A program made the translations under genes and the position numbers. Of a DNA stretch of 64,000 nt, positions 35,401-49,555 are shown piece after piece. The DNA is from Selaginella moellendorffii (Eukaryota; Plantae; Lycopodiophyta): the NCBI RefSeq assembly GCF_000143415.4, contig NW_003314366.1, forward strand, positions 248,001-312,000, in the 5' to 3' direction. The notes beneath the pieces were generated by a model. That model searched no databases and was not told the DNA's origin. It saw only the letters and a list, made by a program, of their open reading frames with translations. Within the stretch, counting starts at the first letter, position 1; each line of letters opens with the position of its first letter.

Positions 35401-36344
35401 AAATGTATTTGCATAATAAAATAAATTATTTACCAGCATAAATATAAGTATTAAATATTAATTTTTATGAAGCTTATATAAAAAACATGTGTCAATAATG
35501 CATGATTAAATTAAATAAATTAGCAAGAAGTTTCAGGTTTTAATCTAAAATTATAAAAAGTTATTGAAAGGTAAACATTGGCTGTAATTGCTCTCTTAAA
35601 CAGTTTTAATATTGGTGTTGAGTATTCTATACAAAAGGAAATCAATATTAAATTTTTATTTATTTTATTTTAATTAATATTTTATATGATTACAAACTTT
35701 TAATATTATTATCTCTTAAAATAATAATATTAAAAATATTATATTGTAACTTCTCAAGTGTAGCATATATGTTATTAAACAATTTAATTTTCTTTCTTTG
35801 ATTTTTACCACTACAACATGACCCAAAACTTATTTAATTTGATTTTTAGGATGTAAATTAAGATTATGTTATTGATTTTGGTGATGTTTTACTTTTATAA
35901 ATGATATTGTACTTGTTTATACAGTAATGCAATTATATACTTGTAGCTAGAAAAGTATGAAACAACCCTAATATAATGAGTAACTTTATTTTTTCTTGAT
36001 TAAAAATTGTTTGTTTGTTATTTATATTTATTTGTTTACTTCTTTTTTGCATTTTGGCTTCATACTTTCTTTTTTTCACAGTTAAGTGATTTTCCATACC
36101 CGCTTAAGAATACCAAGCTAAAGAAAATATTTAAATTGAAAACTAATTGAATGTTCTCAATAGTGATAATAACGTACTTTTAAGAATGAACCAACTCCTA
36201 AAAGTTGTGCACAGTTATATGAATTTAGGAGCTAAAAATCATTTTGACCAATCTTTTTTCTAAGATTAAATAAATTTTGCTTCCAAGAGTAGTTAGTTCA
36301 CCATTATCATTAAAAGTTTTACCTAATAACAAATTTTATATTAT

Positions 36345-38607
36345 TGTAGTGTGTGTGGTTTTCACCTTTTATCATATGGTGATTTACCATAGGATAACCA
36401 TGAAGCAGAATCTAAACTCTCTATATGCCATGTGTCACATACCATATGCCATATGCCTCATATCCAAAGACAGTGGGTAGAATCCAAATTTTAGAGCCTT
36501 AGGCCACTGAATGAAAGAATAGAATTAAACTCCTAAATATGGAGCTAAAGAGTGAAGGTATTGAAGCATGGAGTGATTTTTGAGTGTACAGCCCAAGAAG
36601 CAAAGAAACAGAAGCATAGAGCAATTTGGAACAATCCTAAAGCATCCAATATCTTAATGCCAAAACTAACATGCAAAATGGAGCCAAATAGAGTTTAATG
36701 CTATTTTAGCATACTGGTGGCCTCATGCAAAGATATGTATACACTACCAACTAGCATGGTGTGGAACTTGGGCTTAGACCCAAGCTAGACATAAAACAAT
36801 AACAAACACACAAATAAGAGTTAACACCTAAACCCTAAACCCTAAACTATACATTTTGAACCCCTAACCCCTAACCCCGCCCCTCAGGAACACACACTTT
36901 GGGCTTTCACCCCTAGTCACTCTTTGTAGCGCACGTGGTTTTTACCCTTTATCCTATGGTGATTTACCATAGGATAACACCACGAAGCGGAACCTCTTTG
37001 TGCCACATGACAGATGCCACGTGTCACATGCCACGTGTCACATGGTGTGGAACCTGAGGTTCAGGGCCTTGGGCCACTGAATGAAGAAATGGTGCCAAAC
37101 TCCCAAGCTTGGAGCCAAGGAGTGACGGAACTGAACCACGGAGCAACTCCCGAGCATACAGCCCAAGGAGCGAAGGGACAAGAGCCCGAAGCGACTTGGA
37201 ATAGTCCTAGAGCAACCAGCATCCCAATGCCAGGATCAGCACGCAAAATGGAGCTAAACGGAGTCTAGCGCTATTTCGGCATACTGGTTGCCTAACGTGA
37301 GGACATGGGTACTCCACCAGCTAGCATGGAATGGAACTTGGGCTTAGACCCAAGCCGGACGCAGAACAAGGACAAGCACACAAGCGAGAGCTAGATTATG
37401 CCTTAAGTTGGTCAGCCATGCCCGACCTACCCACTATCCCTATTATACATTTGGAACTCCCCACAGCCCCCCCCCCCCGTGAAGAACATATGTTTTGGGC
37501 TTTCACCCCAAGCCTCCCTTAGTATCAGGAGTTAGTCTCTGGGACAAACTTGAAACTTACTAAATATGGAATGTCCCTAGATTATGAATTTGGACACAGG
37601 ATGAACACCATTGTGTTCAGGCCGATCTCTACATTCCGTAGATATGCCAAATGAGCAAATCTAGACACTTTCCATAAATAGCATTTGGGACCGAAATGAG
37701 ACTAACACAAAGGGCATGATAGCAAAGGTGTTTAGCAGACACGGTAAGCTATCATTTAGCGATAAATATCGCTAGGGTTCTTGATACTAGCAAGTGCAAG
37801 CCAATGACAGTAGTTTCTCAAACTAGGCCGAGTATGCTCAGCAAGAAACATATAGGGTTCTTACCTTATGTTTATCCGATCTAAGTACACGGTCATTGAC
37901 CAGTTTCTCAACTAGCTCAAATGGGAAACTGATAACGGGTCCAGCAATACCGACCTCCTGCCATCATGGCAGTAAGGAAAGCATATCCGAAAGGACTAGC
38001 TAACGGGTAACTTTCGATACCCAAAGTCACATTCGCGACACTCTTAGTACTAGGAGTTTGTCTTTGGGACAAACTTGAAACTTACTAATTATGGAATGGC
38101 ACTAAATTGTGAATTTGAACACGAGACTAACACCATTATATTTAGGACAATTTCTATTCTATAGATATGCCAAATTAACAAATCTAGACAATTTCCATAA
38201 ATAGCAATTAAAACATAACATGACTAACACAAAGGGTGTGATAGCAAGAGTGTTTAGCAAATATAGTAACCTATCATTTGGTGGATATTAAGGGACCAAT
38301 CTCAATATCACGGGGCTTTTGTCAAACTATTGTATGATAGAGCAAAAGAGAATTAACAAGCTAGGCCAAATATGTTTGGCTAAATAGACATTTCCTTTTT
38401 TATGCTTATCTAGCCAAGTATAGATGCTAAGTCAAGTTTATTAACACTTGAACAAAAGGGACTGATAAAGGCAATACCAACTTTCAATACTAACCCCCAA
38501 TACGGACCTAGCAATACTAACCTCTAATTGTTGTGGCAGTAAGGAAAGAATATCTAAAAGGATTAGTCAATAAGTAACTTTGGATACCCACAGTCATATT
38601 TGTAACA
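36345..38607. mobile_element. Old solo LTR (family C) interrupted by a younger copy of the same family
   Basis: TG..CA ends with TSD ATTAT on both sides. Confidence 0.8.
36925..38040. mobile_element. Solo LTR, family C (nested)
   Basis: TGTAGC..GCGACA with TSD CTCTT on both sides, colinear with the surrounding older copy. Confidence 0.85.
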
Positions 38608-39342
38608 ATTATGAAAAGATAAGTATTAATTTAAACTCCAAGAGAGTGGTAATGTGCAAGATAATGAATATCATCTTAAAAGAAATGACCATAAAATTGT
38701 ATGGTAAAATCTTTGTTTATAAAAAATAAAATAATTATATTATGGAGCCTTTCAGCTTAAAAAGGATTTAAAAAATGATAAAAATAGAAGAACAGAAAAA
38801 ATAAATTTTTAACACATAGAGAATCCAAGTTAATTTTTTTTCTCATTCTCATGTAGTTTTTTGTTATGTAAAAATCGAAAGCTACTCTTCATAATTTAGC
38901 ATTGTAATGTTAGAAAACTTGGATTTGTACTGCTTGATATTGACAATCTCAATTATGAAAATCTAGATAGAATAATAGATATTTTGATGGATTATAATAT
39001 AAAATAAAATGTGATTTACTATGGATTATAAGTTATGATATGGCTATTAACATGGAGTAATAACTTAGTTTGTATAAGCAACTAATTCTTCCATTCTACT
39101 TTACTCATCTTTAACCACTCGAAAGAATCTTACTCACCACCTCCATAAATTCTATTCCTAACTTAAGGATTTACTAGCCTTGTGAATGGCCTTTGTGCCA
39201 CTCAGTTTTTGCATTTGGTCTAAGTGTTCCATTTGTCCAACCCCACAATACCCCACAATAGACACATAAAGGTACCACTATATATCAAACCATTATGTTA
39301 AGATTATGTCCATTCACCTTTGTCTTAATGATTGTAATGTAT

Positions 39343-40110
39343 TGTAAGCTCTTGAGTTTGGACTTCCCAAGAGGTCACCCAACCCAGCACTATTCATACC
39401 CAAAGATGTTTAACCCCAAATATCCTAAGACCCTTAATCGATTAGAAAAAGGGGTGCATTTTTATTCATAAGGCCTTTCCCTCTATATTTGAACCCCATG
39501 CATGAATAAAAGTATACCCCCTTTTCCAATTGGTTAAGGGTTTTGAGATATTTGGGGTTAAGTGTCCTTAGGTGTGAATAATACTGAGTTGGGTGACCTC
39601 TCAAGAAGTCCAAACTCAATTACTTACATTTGGTATCAGAGAGGTCTCAAGTTTGATTTTGTTGGTTAGCCTAAGGGAATCGCACCACATATTGATTGAC
39701 ATTTGGTAGGTTTAGTTTGCTCCTAGTTGGGTTCAACCCAAGGGGTAGGGTGTCAAGAGAGCGGGGCTTTCAGGAAAGCTGTGGCTTCCAGCTTCCATTC
39801 ACGAGGGCATGAACTTGTAGGCAGCGTGGTGAATTGTAAGTAACCAAAGGGAATCACATTACATGTTGATTGACATTTGGTAGGTCCAGTTTGCTCCTAG
39901 TTGGGTTCGACCCAAGGGGTAGGGTGTCAAGAGAGCGGGGCTTTCGGGAAAGCTGTGGCTTCCAGCTTCCATTCACGAGGGCGTGAACTTGTAGGCAGCG
40001 TGGTGAATTGTAAGTAACCAAAGGGAATGACTCAAGAGACGAGTGGCCCTTTCCCTTTACATTTGAACCCTATGAATCTTGTCTCGAGTCGTTTCTTTTA
40101 GTTACTTACA
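39343..40110. mobile_element. Cassandra TRIM with an internal inversion
   Basis: Outer TG..CA ends and TSD TGTAT are intact. Segment 39501-~40042 is reverse-complemented. Confidence 0.85.
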
Positions 40111-40321
40111 TGTATATGATTATGGGATAAGACTTAAATATATTGTCACCGTGGACTCTTGGAACCTTAGGAATAAATGAGGATAAAATAGTCACTAAGG
40201 GCTCTCTTATCAAACGATTGTCCTAATTAAAGGGAGAGATAACATGTGTTACATGTGGTATCGAAGTAAATAGCATGGGTTTAATTTCCATTGATTAATG
40301 GCTATTTAAAACAATATAATA

Positions 40322-41654
40322 TGTAAATTACAAATTTTTCTTTTCCAATTTACTAGCTTACCTCGTCTATCTGACCACCACGGCTTTGGCCTTAGTTAAG
40401 TTCCCTCGCCAAGGTTCTCGCCTATTGTACCAACTCCTACTTGGTCCTACTTGGTCTCAATAGCTCACTGCACAAGCAACAGAGTATTAACCATCCATCC
40501 ACGGATTCCCAAATTCTCTCCCAATCCCTTTCCCCAAGTTAGACTAGACTTAAGGTTCGGCTACACTCCCCACAGGCACAAGTAGCCAAGCACACCAAAC
40601 CTCTAAATTCCTAACATCCCTTGGTATAACAAAATTTGATCATGGAACTCTCTAAATCCCAAGCCTTGGGTGCAACACCTACTTGAGGACACCAAGGGGA
40701 AACACCGTGTCCTAACAGCTTGGTATGGGTACCCTTACTCCCTCACTTCTATCCCTTAGCCCTAATCTCAACCTCAAGTCAATTTAGAAGCACTACTGAA
40801 GAGTTCCTTCAAGATTAATTTCTAGATCTCACTATCCTTATTATACTTTTGGAACCCCCTACAGCTCCCCCCCCCCCCGGGAGACACATACACGACCTAT
40901 ATTAATGTTCGGACTTGGTCTCAGACTTAATTTCGAACTAGATCTTGGACTCAACTTCGGACTTGGTCTCGAACTCGATCTCGGACCTAACCTCGGACTT
41001 GATCTCAGACTTGGTCTCAGTCCTGATCTCAAATCTTGGATTCGGTCTTGCACTTGGTCTTGAACTCGGTCTCAGACTCAGTCTCGAACTCGGTCTTGGA
41101 CTCAATCTCAGACTCGGTCTTGGACTCAATCTCGGACTTAGTCTCATCCGATGAACTCTTTATCATTTTGGTTATACTTTCGGGGATCCTTTAGCTTTTG
41201 ACACTTCAGGGAGTTGGTGTGAGACACAAAATCCCTAGGCCCCAAAGTGGAGCCGGAAGGGCGCCACGTGGTAGTGGCCGAAGCGAAAGCCAAACAAGCG
41301 TAACACGTTTGGTCTAAAAGCTCCGACTTGATAGGTCGAGAGCGGGAGTGGAACTCCCAACAAAGCGCTCGAGGAATGAGCATGAAGCAAGCAATAGGCA
41401 ATGTTCTAAAAAAGGGACCCAAAGGGACGAACACATGATACGTGGGAGTGCCCAAGATAGACCCGAGATGGAGTCTGAGATGGATCGAGACAGAGTCCGA
41501 GATGGACCGAGATGGAGTCCGAGAAGGAGTCCGAGATGGAGTCCGAGATGGAGTCTGAGATGGACCCGAGATGGAGTCCGAGATGGACCGAGACAGAGTC
41601 CGAGATGGAGTCCGAGGTCGAGACCGAGACCGAGATCGGGACCGAGACCGGGAT

Positions 41655-41686
<32 letters not shown>

Positions 41687-42862
41687 GGACCGAGACCGGG
41701 ACCGGGACCGAGACCGAGATCGAGACCGAGACCGGGACCAAGACCGAGATCGAGCCCTATGCCGAGTCCGAGCCCGAGCTCGAGCCCCGAGCCCGAGTCC
41801 AAGTCCAAGTCCAAGTCCGTGTCCGAGTCAGAGTCCGAGTCCAAGTTCGAGTCTGAGAGGGTGAAAGCCCAAAGCGTTCGTCTCCCAAACCCTAGAGGGT
41901 TTGGTGAGCTCCAAAAGTATAGTAGGGGGAGGACTGAAGTGGAGCCAGTTTGGCCAGGGAAGGCCAATTTGGCCCAGGAAGGCTGTACCCAGTGTTGGGC
42001 GATGAGCTGCCCACTAAGAAGTCCAAGACTAAAGTGAACACGGACCGACAAGCGGGGTAGCTTGGTGAAGTGTTCAAAAGCCGGCTCTAGTTCCCCTGGG
42101 AGATCGACTGGCCGATGCTCTCAGTCCAAGTGTGGGTGGCACTACCTACTTGGATACTTGGCGTGGCTCAATGGAACCTTGCTCTAAGCCTATGGCTAGA
42201 GCACCTAAAGGCGGAAGGTGGGGAAAGTACCCACAGGGCTCGGGTAGGGCCACGGTGTTCTGAAATGTTATCCTAAAGTCCCAAACTGGGGAAAGGAGAA
42301 GGAGTAGTCCTCTAGTGTAGTGACTAAGGATATGGTCATATGGTGAGGAAGTCCCAGAGGACAATGGGACTTAGTGGCTAGGCTTGCAAGCCTTGATCTA
42401 ATAGTAGTGTTTGTGAACATGGCCATGGACAGAAAAGGGACTTGGTTGACAAAGGGATATTGGGGAAGGCTATTCCCCATGTCTATGGGAATCCTAAGGA
42501 TGCTAAGGAGTGGATCTAGGATGACCACTCATGGACAGATGGCCTAGTCTTAGAGAGACAGGATTGTGATGCAAGTGGTATTGAACCACCAGTGCAGCAA
42601 AGGTGAATGGGCATAGCCTTAGCGTAATAGGCCAATATATCAATGGTACCTTTGGGTGTCGGTCATGGGACCGGACACATGAAGCACTTGGACCAAGTGC
42701 AATGGTTGAGTGGCATGGATGCCATTCTTGGGGCTAGTAAGTCCCCGAGTCCGACATAGGACTTATGGAGGTTGTGAGTGAGACTCCTCCAAATGGTCGG
42801 AGGTGTGGTTAAGTGACTAAAGTAGAATGGAAAATTTAGTCACTTACAATTGGTTCCTTACA
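40322..42862 (-). mobile_element. Degenerate solo LTR family A, interrupted by a family B LTR
   Basis: Colinear with LTR 51733-52778. The terminal TTCCTTACA resumes at 42854-42862. Confidence 0.75.
41218..42848 (+). mobile_element. Solo LTR family B (about 1.6 kb)
   Basis: TGTGAGAC..CTTACA with near-TSD GTTGG/ATTGG. Similar along its length to 43038-44770. Confidence 0.8.
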
Positions 42863-43037
42863 ATATATTTCTACCCCTAATCCATGCATGCGTCCTTCTC
42901 AGTCTTGGTCTCGAACCCAGTCTTGGACTCTATCTCAAAACTCAACCTCAAACTCCATTTTGAACTCCATCTCAGACTCCATTTTGGACTTTTTCTCGAA
43001 CTCCATCTTAGACTCTATCTCAGACTCCTCATACTTC

Positions 43038-44770
43038 TGTGAGCCACAAAATCCTTAGGCCCCAAAGTGGAGCCGGAAAGGGTGCCATGTGGTAGTGGCC
43101 GAAGCGAAAGCCAAACGAGTGTAACACGTTTGGACTAAAAGCTCTGACTTGGAAGGTCGAGAGCGGGAGTGGAACTCCCAACAAAGTGCTCAAGGAATGA
43201 GCACGAAGCGAGCAATAAGCAAGGCTCCAAAAAGGGACCCAAAAAGGACCAACACATGACATGTGGAAGTATCCGAGATGGAGCTCAAGGTGGACCCGAG
43301 TTGGAGTCTGAGATGGACCCGAAGTGGAGTCCGATATGGAGTCCGAGATGGACCCGAAGTGGAGTCCGAGATGGAGTCCGAGATGGAGTTCGAGATGGAG
43401 TCCGAGATGGATCCGAGATGGACCCGAAGTGGAGTCTGAGATGGAGTCCGATATGGAGTCCGAGATGGATCCGAGATGGACCCAAAGTGGAGTCCGAGAT
43501 GGATCGAGATGGAGTCCAAGATGGACCCGAGATGGAGTTCGAGATGGAGTCCGAGATGGAGTCCGAGATGGACCCGAGATGGAGTCCGAGATGGACCCGA
43601 GATGGAGTCCGAGATGGAGTCCGAGATGGAACTGAGACCGGGACCGAGACCGAGACCGAGACCGAGACCAAGACCGAGTCCGAGTCCGAATCCGGGACCG
43701 AGACCGAGTCCGAGTCCGAGTCCGAATACTAATACAGGCAGTTGGGTGAAAGCCCAAAGCGATTGTCCCCTAGGGGGAGGGGGGGCTGCGGGGGGTTCCA
43801 AAAGTATAGTAGGGAGAGTGTGGGGGTTGGAGCCCAGTGGAGCCAGTCTGGCCAGGAAAGGCCAGTTTGGCCCAGGAAAGGCCAGTTTGGCCCAGGAAGG
43901 CCAGACCCAGTGTTGGGTGATGAGCTGACCACTGGGAAGTCCAAGACTAGAGTGAACACGGACCGACAAGCAGGGTAGCTTGGTGAAGTGTTCAAGAGCC
44001 AGCTCTAGTTCCCCAGAAGATCTACTGGCCGATGCTCCCAGTCCAAGTGTGGGTGGCACTACCTACTTGGATACCAGGCGTGGCTTAACGGAACCTCGCT
44101 CTAAGCCCATGGCTAGAGCACCCAAGGGTGGAAGGCGGGGAGAGTACCTAGGTGGCTTGTGTAAGGCCACGGTGTTCTAAAATGTTGTCCCCAAAGGCCC
44201 AAACTGTGGAAAGGAAAAAGAGCAGTCCTCTGGGGTAGTGACCAAGGACACAGTCGTATAATGAGGAAGTCCTAGAAGACTGTGGGACTTAGTGGTCGGG
44301 CCTGTGGGCCTCAATCCAGTGGCAGTGTTGGCAAACACGGCCAGGGGCAGAAAGGGACTTAGTGGGGACTGACAGAGGGATATTGGGGAAGGCTATTCCC
44401 CTTGTCGGTGAGCATCCTAAGGATGCTAAGGAGTGGATCTGAGATGACCACTCACGGATGGTTTGCCTAGTCTTGGAGAGCCAAGACTGGGGTGCATGTG
44501 GTATTGGACTACCAGTGTGGCAAAGGTGATTGGGCATGGCCTTAGCGTGACAAGCTGCCATGTCGATGGTACCTTTGAGTGTCGGTCATGGGATCGGACA
44601 CATGGAGCACTTAGACCAAGTGCAAATGTTGAGTGGCATGGATGCCATTCTCGGGGCTAGCAAGTCCCAAGTCCTGAATTGGACTTATGGAGGTTGTGAA
44701 TGAGACTCCTCCAAGTGGTCGGAGGTGTGGTTAAGTGACTAAAGTAGAATGGAAAATTTAGTCTCTTACA
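43038..44770 (+). mobile_element. Solo LTR family B (1733 bp)
   Basis: TG..CA ends with exact TSD ACTTC, inserted into the hexamer array of an older B-type LTR fragment. Confidence 0.85.
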
Positions 44771-45162
44771 ACTTCTTCTCGAACTCCATTTTGGACTCTA
44801 TCTCAGACTCTATCTTAGACTCTTTCTTGGACTCCATCTCAAACTTCATCTCGGACTCCATCTTGAACTCCTTTTCAGACTCCATCTCGGACTTGATTTT
44901 TAGACTCCTTCTCAAACTTCATTTCGAATTCAGTCCCGACACTTTCATGTATCCTGAGACTTTCCATATATCAGTCGTTCTTATATCCCTTTCTAGAGAC
45001 TCATTTAATGATTGCTTCATGCTTATTCCTCAAGCACTTTGTTTAGAGTTTCACTCTAGTTCTCAACTTTCCAAGCTAGAGCAAACATGTTATGCTTGTT
45101 GAACTTTCACTTTGACCATTGCCTGTCACACCTTCAACTCCACTTTGGTTTTATGTCTCATA

Positions 45163-48161
45163 ACTCCACTACCCATAGATAAAGTTCGATGTCCTCATCA
45201 AATGATAAATCATTTTATAAAGTAACCATCATGGATTATCATTTCATCTTTAGCTCAAGTTAATATTTGTCATGGTTTGACATTGAAGGCTCACCATACC
45301 TTGCCCATCCTTTAAAGAGCATAGTCTTTTCAATTTAGAGTCTTATTATATCATATGTGGTCCTTTCCCTTTATTCATTTGGTTCTCGGTAAATTTGTTA
45401 GAGATATCTTCTCCATCTCAATCTTACTACTCATTCTAGAGTAATCTCTACCTCTATCAACATAACGATCATACTTTGGAATTTTAATATTGACTTCTCA
45501 AATCAATTTCCTCAGTGTTTCTAACACTTTACATTGCACATATTGTACAAACTTCATTTCCCCATCCTAAGAAATCCTTTATTTGAGAGCACTATTATCC
45601 TCTCTTTTATTTTGTACCACCTTAGGTATTAAGTTCCACTTATCCATAATTTATGCTAGAGTTGTCTATGGTCCCATCATTTGGTTATCTTGCTACTCCA
45701 TCTCTTGAAGCTTTTACCTTTGCCAAATTGGAGCATTTAGGAATTCCATCATTAGAAATATAATTCCTTTTTCACAATCCATTAGCATCAACCACTTAGT
45801 GATTCCTTGCCTAACTTATAATTTGGATTCCTTCTAGCAATTTCTAAGGCCCATTCTTCATTATTAATCTTTCGCACTTATCCTTTGATTATTACACCAA
45901 ACAACATAAAATTGTTACCTTTATCATTAAGATATCCTTTCAATTCTATAACAAAGGCTCTACTTTATCAAGTCTAGGGGATGTTCACCCCTAATATGTC
46001 TCTTTAACATTTTTTGTTATGGGGCTCTATCCTTGGTCTAATCTTGCAACCCTAATCTGATTCCTTCCTTAGACACTATTTTTCTTAAACTCGCAATACC
46101 ATTGTATTATCACAACTTATTTCACCTAGTTGTCTTTCCTATTTGGTCACCTTGACCAAATCACACTTTGAACTAAGAATATTATTCCTCAACCTAACAA
46201 AGAGCTTATCCTTATTTAGCCATAGTATCACTAGTGATTTTACATTGAGATATTAATATGTTTACCAATAAATATTAAGTCCACCAAATATTTAAGTTGT
46301 TGACTATAACCCGAGGGCATCCCCCACACTTGGTAGTGCACCTAAACTAACCCTTGTAGCCAAGGGTCCATAATAATTGAGATTGGGTATCCCTATCTTA
46401 TTCATTATATCTTTAGTGCCACTTGCACCAGAGTGTTCAAGTTAAATATGCCAAACTTTCACACTAAACATTTTAACCATGTATTATGACTTTAGGGCAT
46501 CCCCACTTAGCAGTGTATCGAAACCAACTGTAAACTCTTGAGTTTGGACTTCCTAGGAGGTCACCCAACTTAATACTATTCAAACCCAAGGACACTTAAG
46601 CCTAAGTATCCTAAGACTATTAACCAATTGGAAAAAGGGTGCATTTTATTCATGAGCCCTTTCCTTTTATATTTGAACCCATATAAAGAGTCGTTCTCTT
46701 TAGTTGCTTACATCAACCTCCTTATTGAGGGTCTATAATTATCAAAAAATAAATATCCTCATATTCCAAACTATCACTACAATGCCCCTATAATACCTAA
46801 ACACCACCTTTTTAGTGTTTTTAAAGTGGTTATATGTTTTTATGATGAACTTCCCAAGCAATAGGCATTTCCTATTAATATTGACCCGCTATATTGTAAC
46901 ATAAGCATAACATCCCTTAAAGGATGTATCTAACCTCCTTCTTATCCAACCAAGAAGTCTCAGAAAGATAGTTTTAACAAATTATTCCAAATCTTTACTT
47001 AGTTGATTCATAATTATCATGTTCTATAACTCATTGCCGGTGCTTTCACACCTCCATCAATATTTGATACAAACACACGAATACAACCATATCCAAGATA
47101 TGCTAATCTCATTTCCATTGGAGTTCCTTTGGCAAGGGGTTTTTATAAACCTGCTAACTTGACCTTAATGCATCATCCCTTGAGACATTTGGGTCCACCC
47201 GATTAGCTCCACAAATCTTTCTTCATAACATTTTCTACTTGTTTCTAGGTCTTGCCAAGACTAAAGTAGTTGTTTTTTATGCCAACTATTGGTTAGCACT
47301 ACTCTATAGTATTCATATACAACTCTTTATCAAAGTTGCTTTCTTCTATAAACACCTTTTCACAACTTTAATATAGCACTTTCTGCCATCAATGAGATAT
47401 TCATTATTCTTATACTTCGAACTCATGATTCTCCCAGTCTTTCACCAAGTATAACACACCTTTGACTAAACGGGATTCCTTCAAGCCTTTGAGATCATCC
47501 CTTAACTCTATTAAATCATCCAGCTTTTAGACTTGTTAATTTGACATTTCATGAAGTACTAACCTCCTGACTACTTTTGAGGTGCTATTGCGCTTGAATA
47601 TAATTTCATATATTCACATCCTATTCATAAAGACTGTCTTTGCAAGTGTTACTCCAACACTTATTTATCCTTTGAATACACCCCCTAACTCATTGGGTTG
47701 TTCTGGCCTTTATTAAAATTAGCCTTAGTTATCATTTAGAGGAGACCTCTTATGGTCATTGACTTTAGTCTCAATTTCATGAACACTATCCTCAACTATA
47801 TGACTAAGACTCTTTTCTTTTCTAAGAATCTTTATTTTTCTCGTGATCCCAACTATAGTTATTTACTACAATTACATTAGCTAATTTGCTAAGTCAAACA
47901 CTTATATAAATAACATCCTCAACTCTTTGAGGAAAACTTTCTACTATTCCTAAATTCCCAAAATCATTCCTTTATTATCCCCTTTCTATCCACCACATTG
48001 CTTATATGTTCATATATGGACTCAAGTGGAGAGTCATACCTTCTCAACATACTACTCCTCAGGGATAAACCCACTCTTGAAACCTTCTAATGCTAATATC
48101 AAATGGTGATATACTTAACCACCAATAAGAGTCAGACTAAAACATAGCTCTAATACTAAGT
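45163..48161 (-). mobile_element. Highly degraded internal region of a Gypsy-related element bounded by family B LTRs
   Basis: It starts with a PPT and 3'UTR similar to 52779-52825 (actccactacccatag..aagttcgatg) and ends with a decayed PBS (gctctaatactaa) before the B LTR at 48162. No intact ORFs. Confidence 0.6.
46529..46712 (-). mobile_element. Cassandra solo LTR
   Basis: 5S-like core with near-TSD CCAAC/TCAAC. Confidence 0.85.
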
Positions 48162-48167
48162 TGTAAG

Positions 48168-49280
48168 TGTAAGGAACCAACTCCTTGAGGTGTCGTAGGC
48201 TAAAAGATCCCCGAAAGCATGACCGAAATGACAAAGAGTTCATCGGATGGGACTGAGTTTGAGATCGAGTCCAAGACCGACTCTGAGACCAAGTTCGAGA
48301 TAGAGTCCGGGATCGAGTCTGAGGCCGACTCGGAGACCGAGTTCGAGACCGAGTTTGAGACAGAGTTTGAGATCCAAGATTGGGTCCGAGATCGAGTTCG
48401 AGGTCGAGTCCAAAGTTGAGTCTGAAATCAGGTCCGAGATCGAGTCCAAGATTGAGTCCGAAACTGAGTCCGAAGTCGGGTCTAAAATCGAGTCCGAGTA
48501 CTAATACAGGTCAAGGGGTGAAAGCCCAAAGCGTGCGTCTCCCGGGGGGGGGGGGCTGCAAAGGGTTCCAAAAGTATAGTAGGGATAGTGAGGTCCAGGA
48601 ATCAGTCTTGAAGGAACTCTCAAGTGGTGCTTCCAAACTGACTTGAGGTTGAGACTAGGGCTGAAGGGCCTTGGGTGGGAGTGAGCATGGACTCGGGTGG
48701 TGCCGGAGGGGAAGTGCTCAAGAGCAACTCCCACTCCCGAAAGGAAAACTGACTGCGGTACTCCCGGCTCATGTGGAGTGGTGCCCCACTTGAGTACTTT
48801 GCGGCTCATTGGTCCTTGCCCTTCCTAGGGGCTTGAGCCTTCCCTTTGGGATGGAAGTGGGGGGGTAGAGGTACCCATACCAGGCCGTTAGGCCACGGTG
48901 TTTTGCCCCGGCGTCCCAAAGCATATGTTGCACCCAAGACTTGGGATTTAGAGGGTCCCATGATTAAGTCTTGTGTTACCAAGGGATGTTAGGAACCTGG
49001 AGGCTTGGTGTGCTTGGCTGCTTGTGCTTGTGGGGAGTGTAGCCGAACCTTAAGTTCAGTCTAACCCGGGGAGGGGGGTTGGGAGAGATCTGGGAATCCG
49101 TGGATGGATGGATAACGCTCCGTGGCTCGTGCAGTGAATAGCTAAAACCAAGTAGGACCAAGTAGGAGCTAGTACCATAGGCAAGAACTTTGGCGAGGGA
49201 ACTTAATTAAAGCCAAGGTAGTATTGGTCGGATAGACATGGTAAGTTGGCAAATTAGAAAGGAAAAATGTATAACTTATT
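48168..49280 (+). mobile_element. Solo LTR family A (inverted), inserted in the terminus of a B LTR
   Basis: Reverse complement of 51733-52778 with TSD GTAAG on both sides. Confidence 0.85.
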
Positions 49281-49455
49281 GTAAGGGATTAATATTTTTT
49301 ATTCTACTTTAGTCACTTAGCCATATCTTTCACCACTTGGAGGAGTCTTACTCACCACCTCTATAACTCATATTCCCAACTTAAAAAACTTGCTAGCCCT
49401 GTGAATGATCTCTATACCACTCAAGCTTTGCACTTGTTCTAAGTGCTCCACATGT

Positions 49456-49555
49456 NNNNNNNNNNNNNNNNNNNNNNNNNNNNNNNNNNNNNNNNNNNNN
49501 NNNNNNNNNNNNNNNNNNNNNNNNNNNNNNNNNNNNNNNNNNNNNNNNNNNNNNN
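49456..49555. other. Assembly gap (100 N)
   Basis: Run of N. Confidence 1.

Noticed and set aside
33700-36340. AT-rich tract as a Helitron or MITE
   Set aside because: No termini, TSD or coding remnants that I can support.
41314-44059. Long SR/RD/GL-rich ORFs in the LTR arrays
   Set aside because: These are artefacts of stop-free hexamer repeats, open in several frames on both strands.
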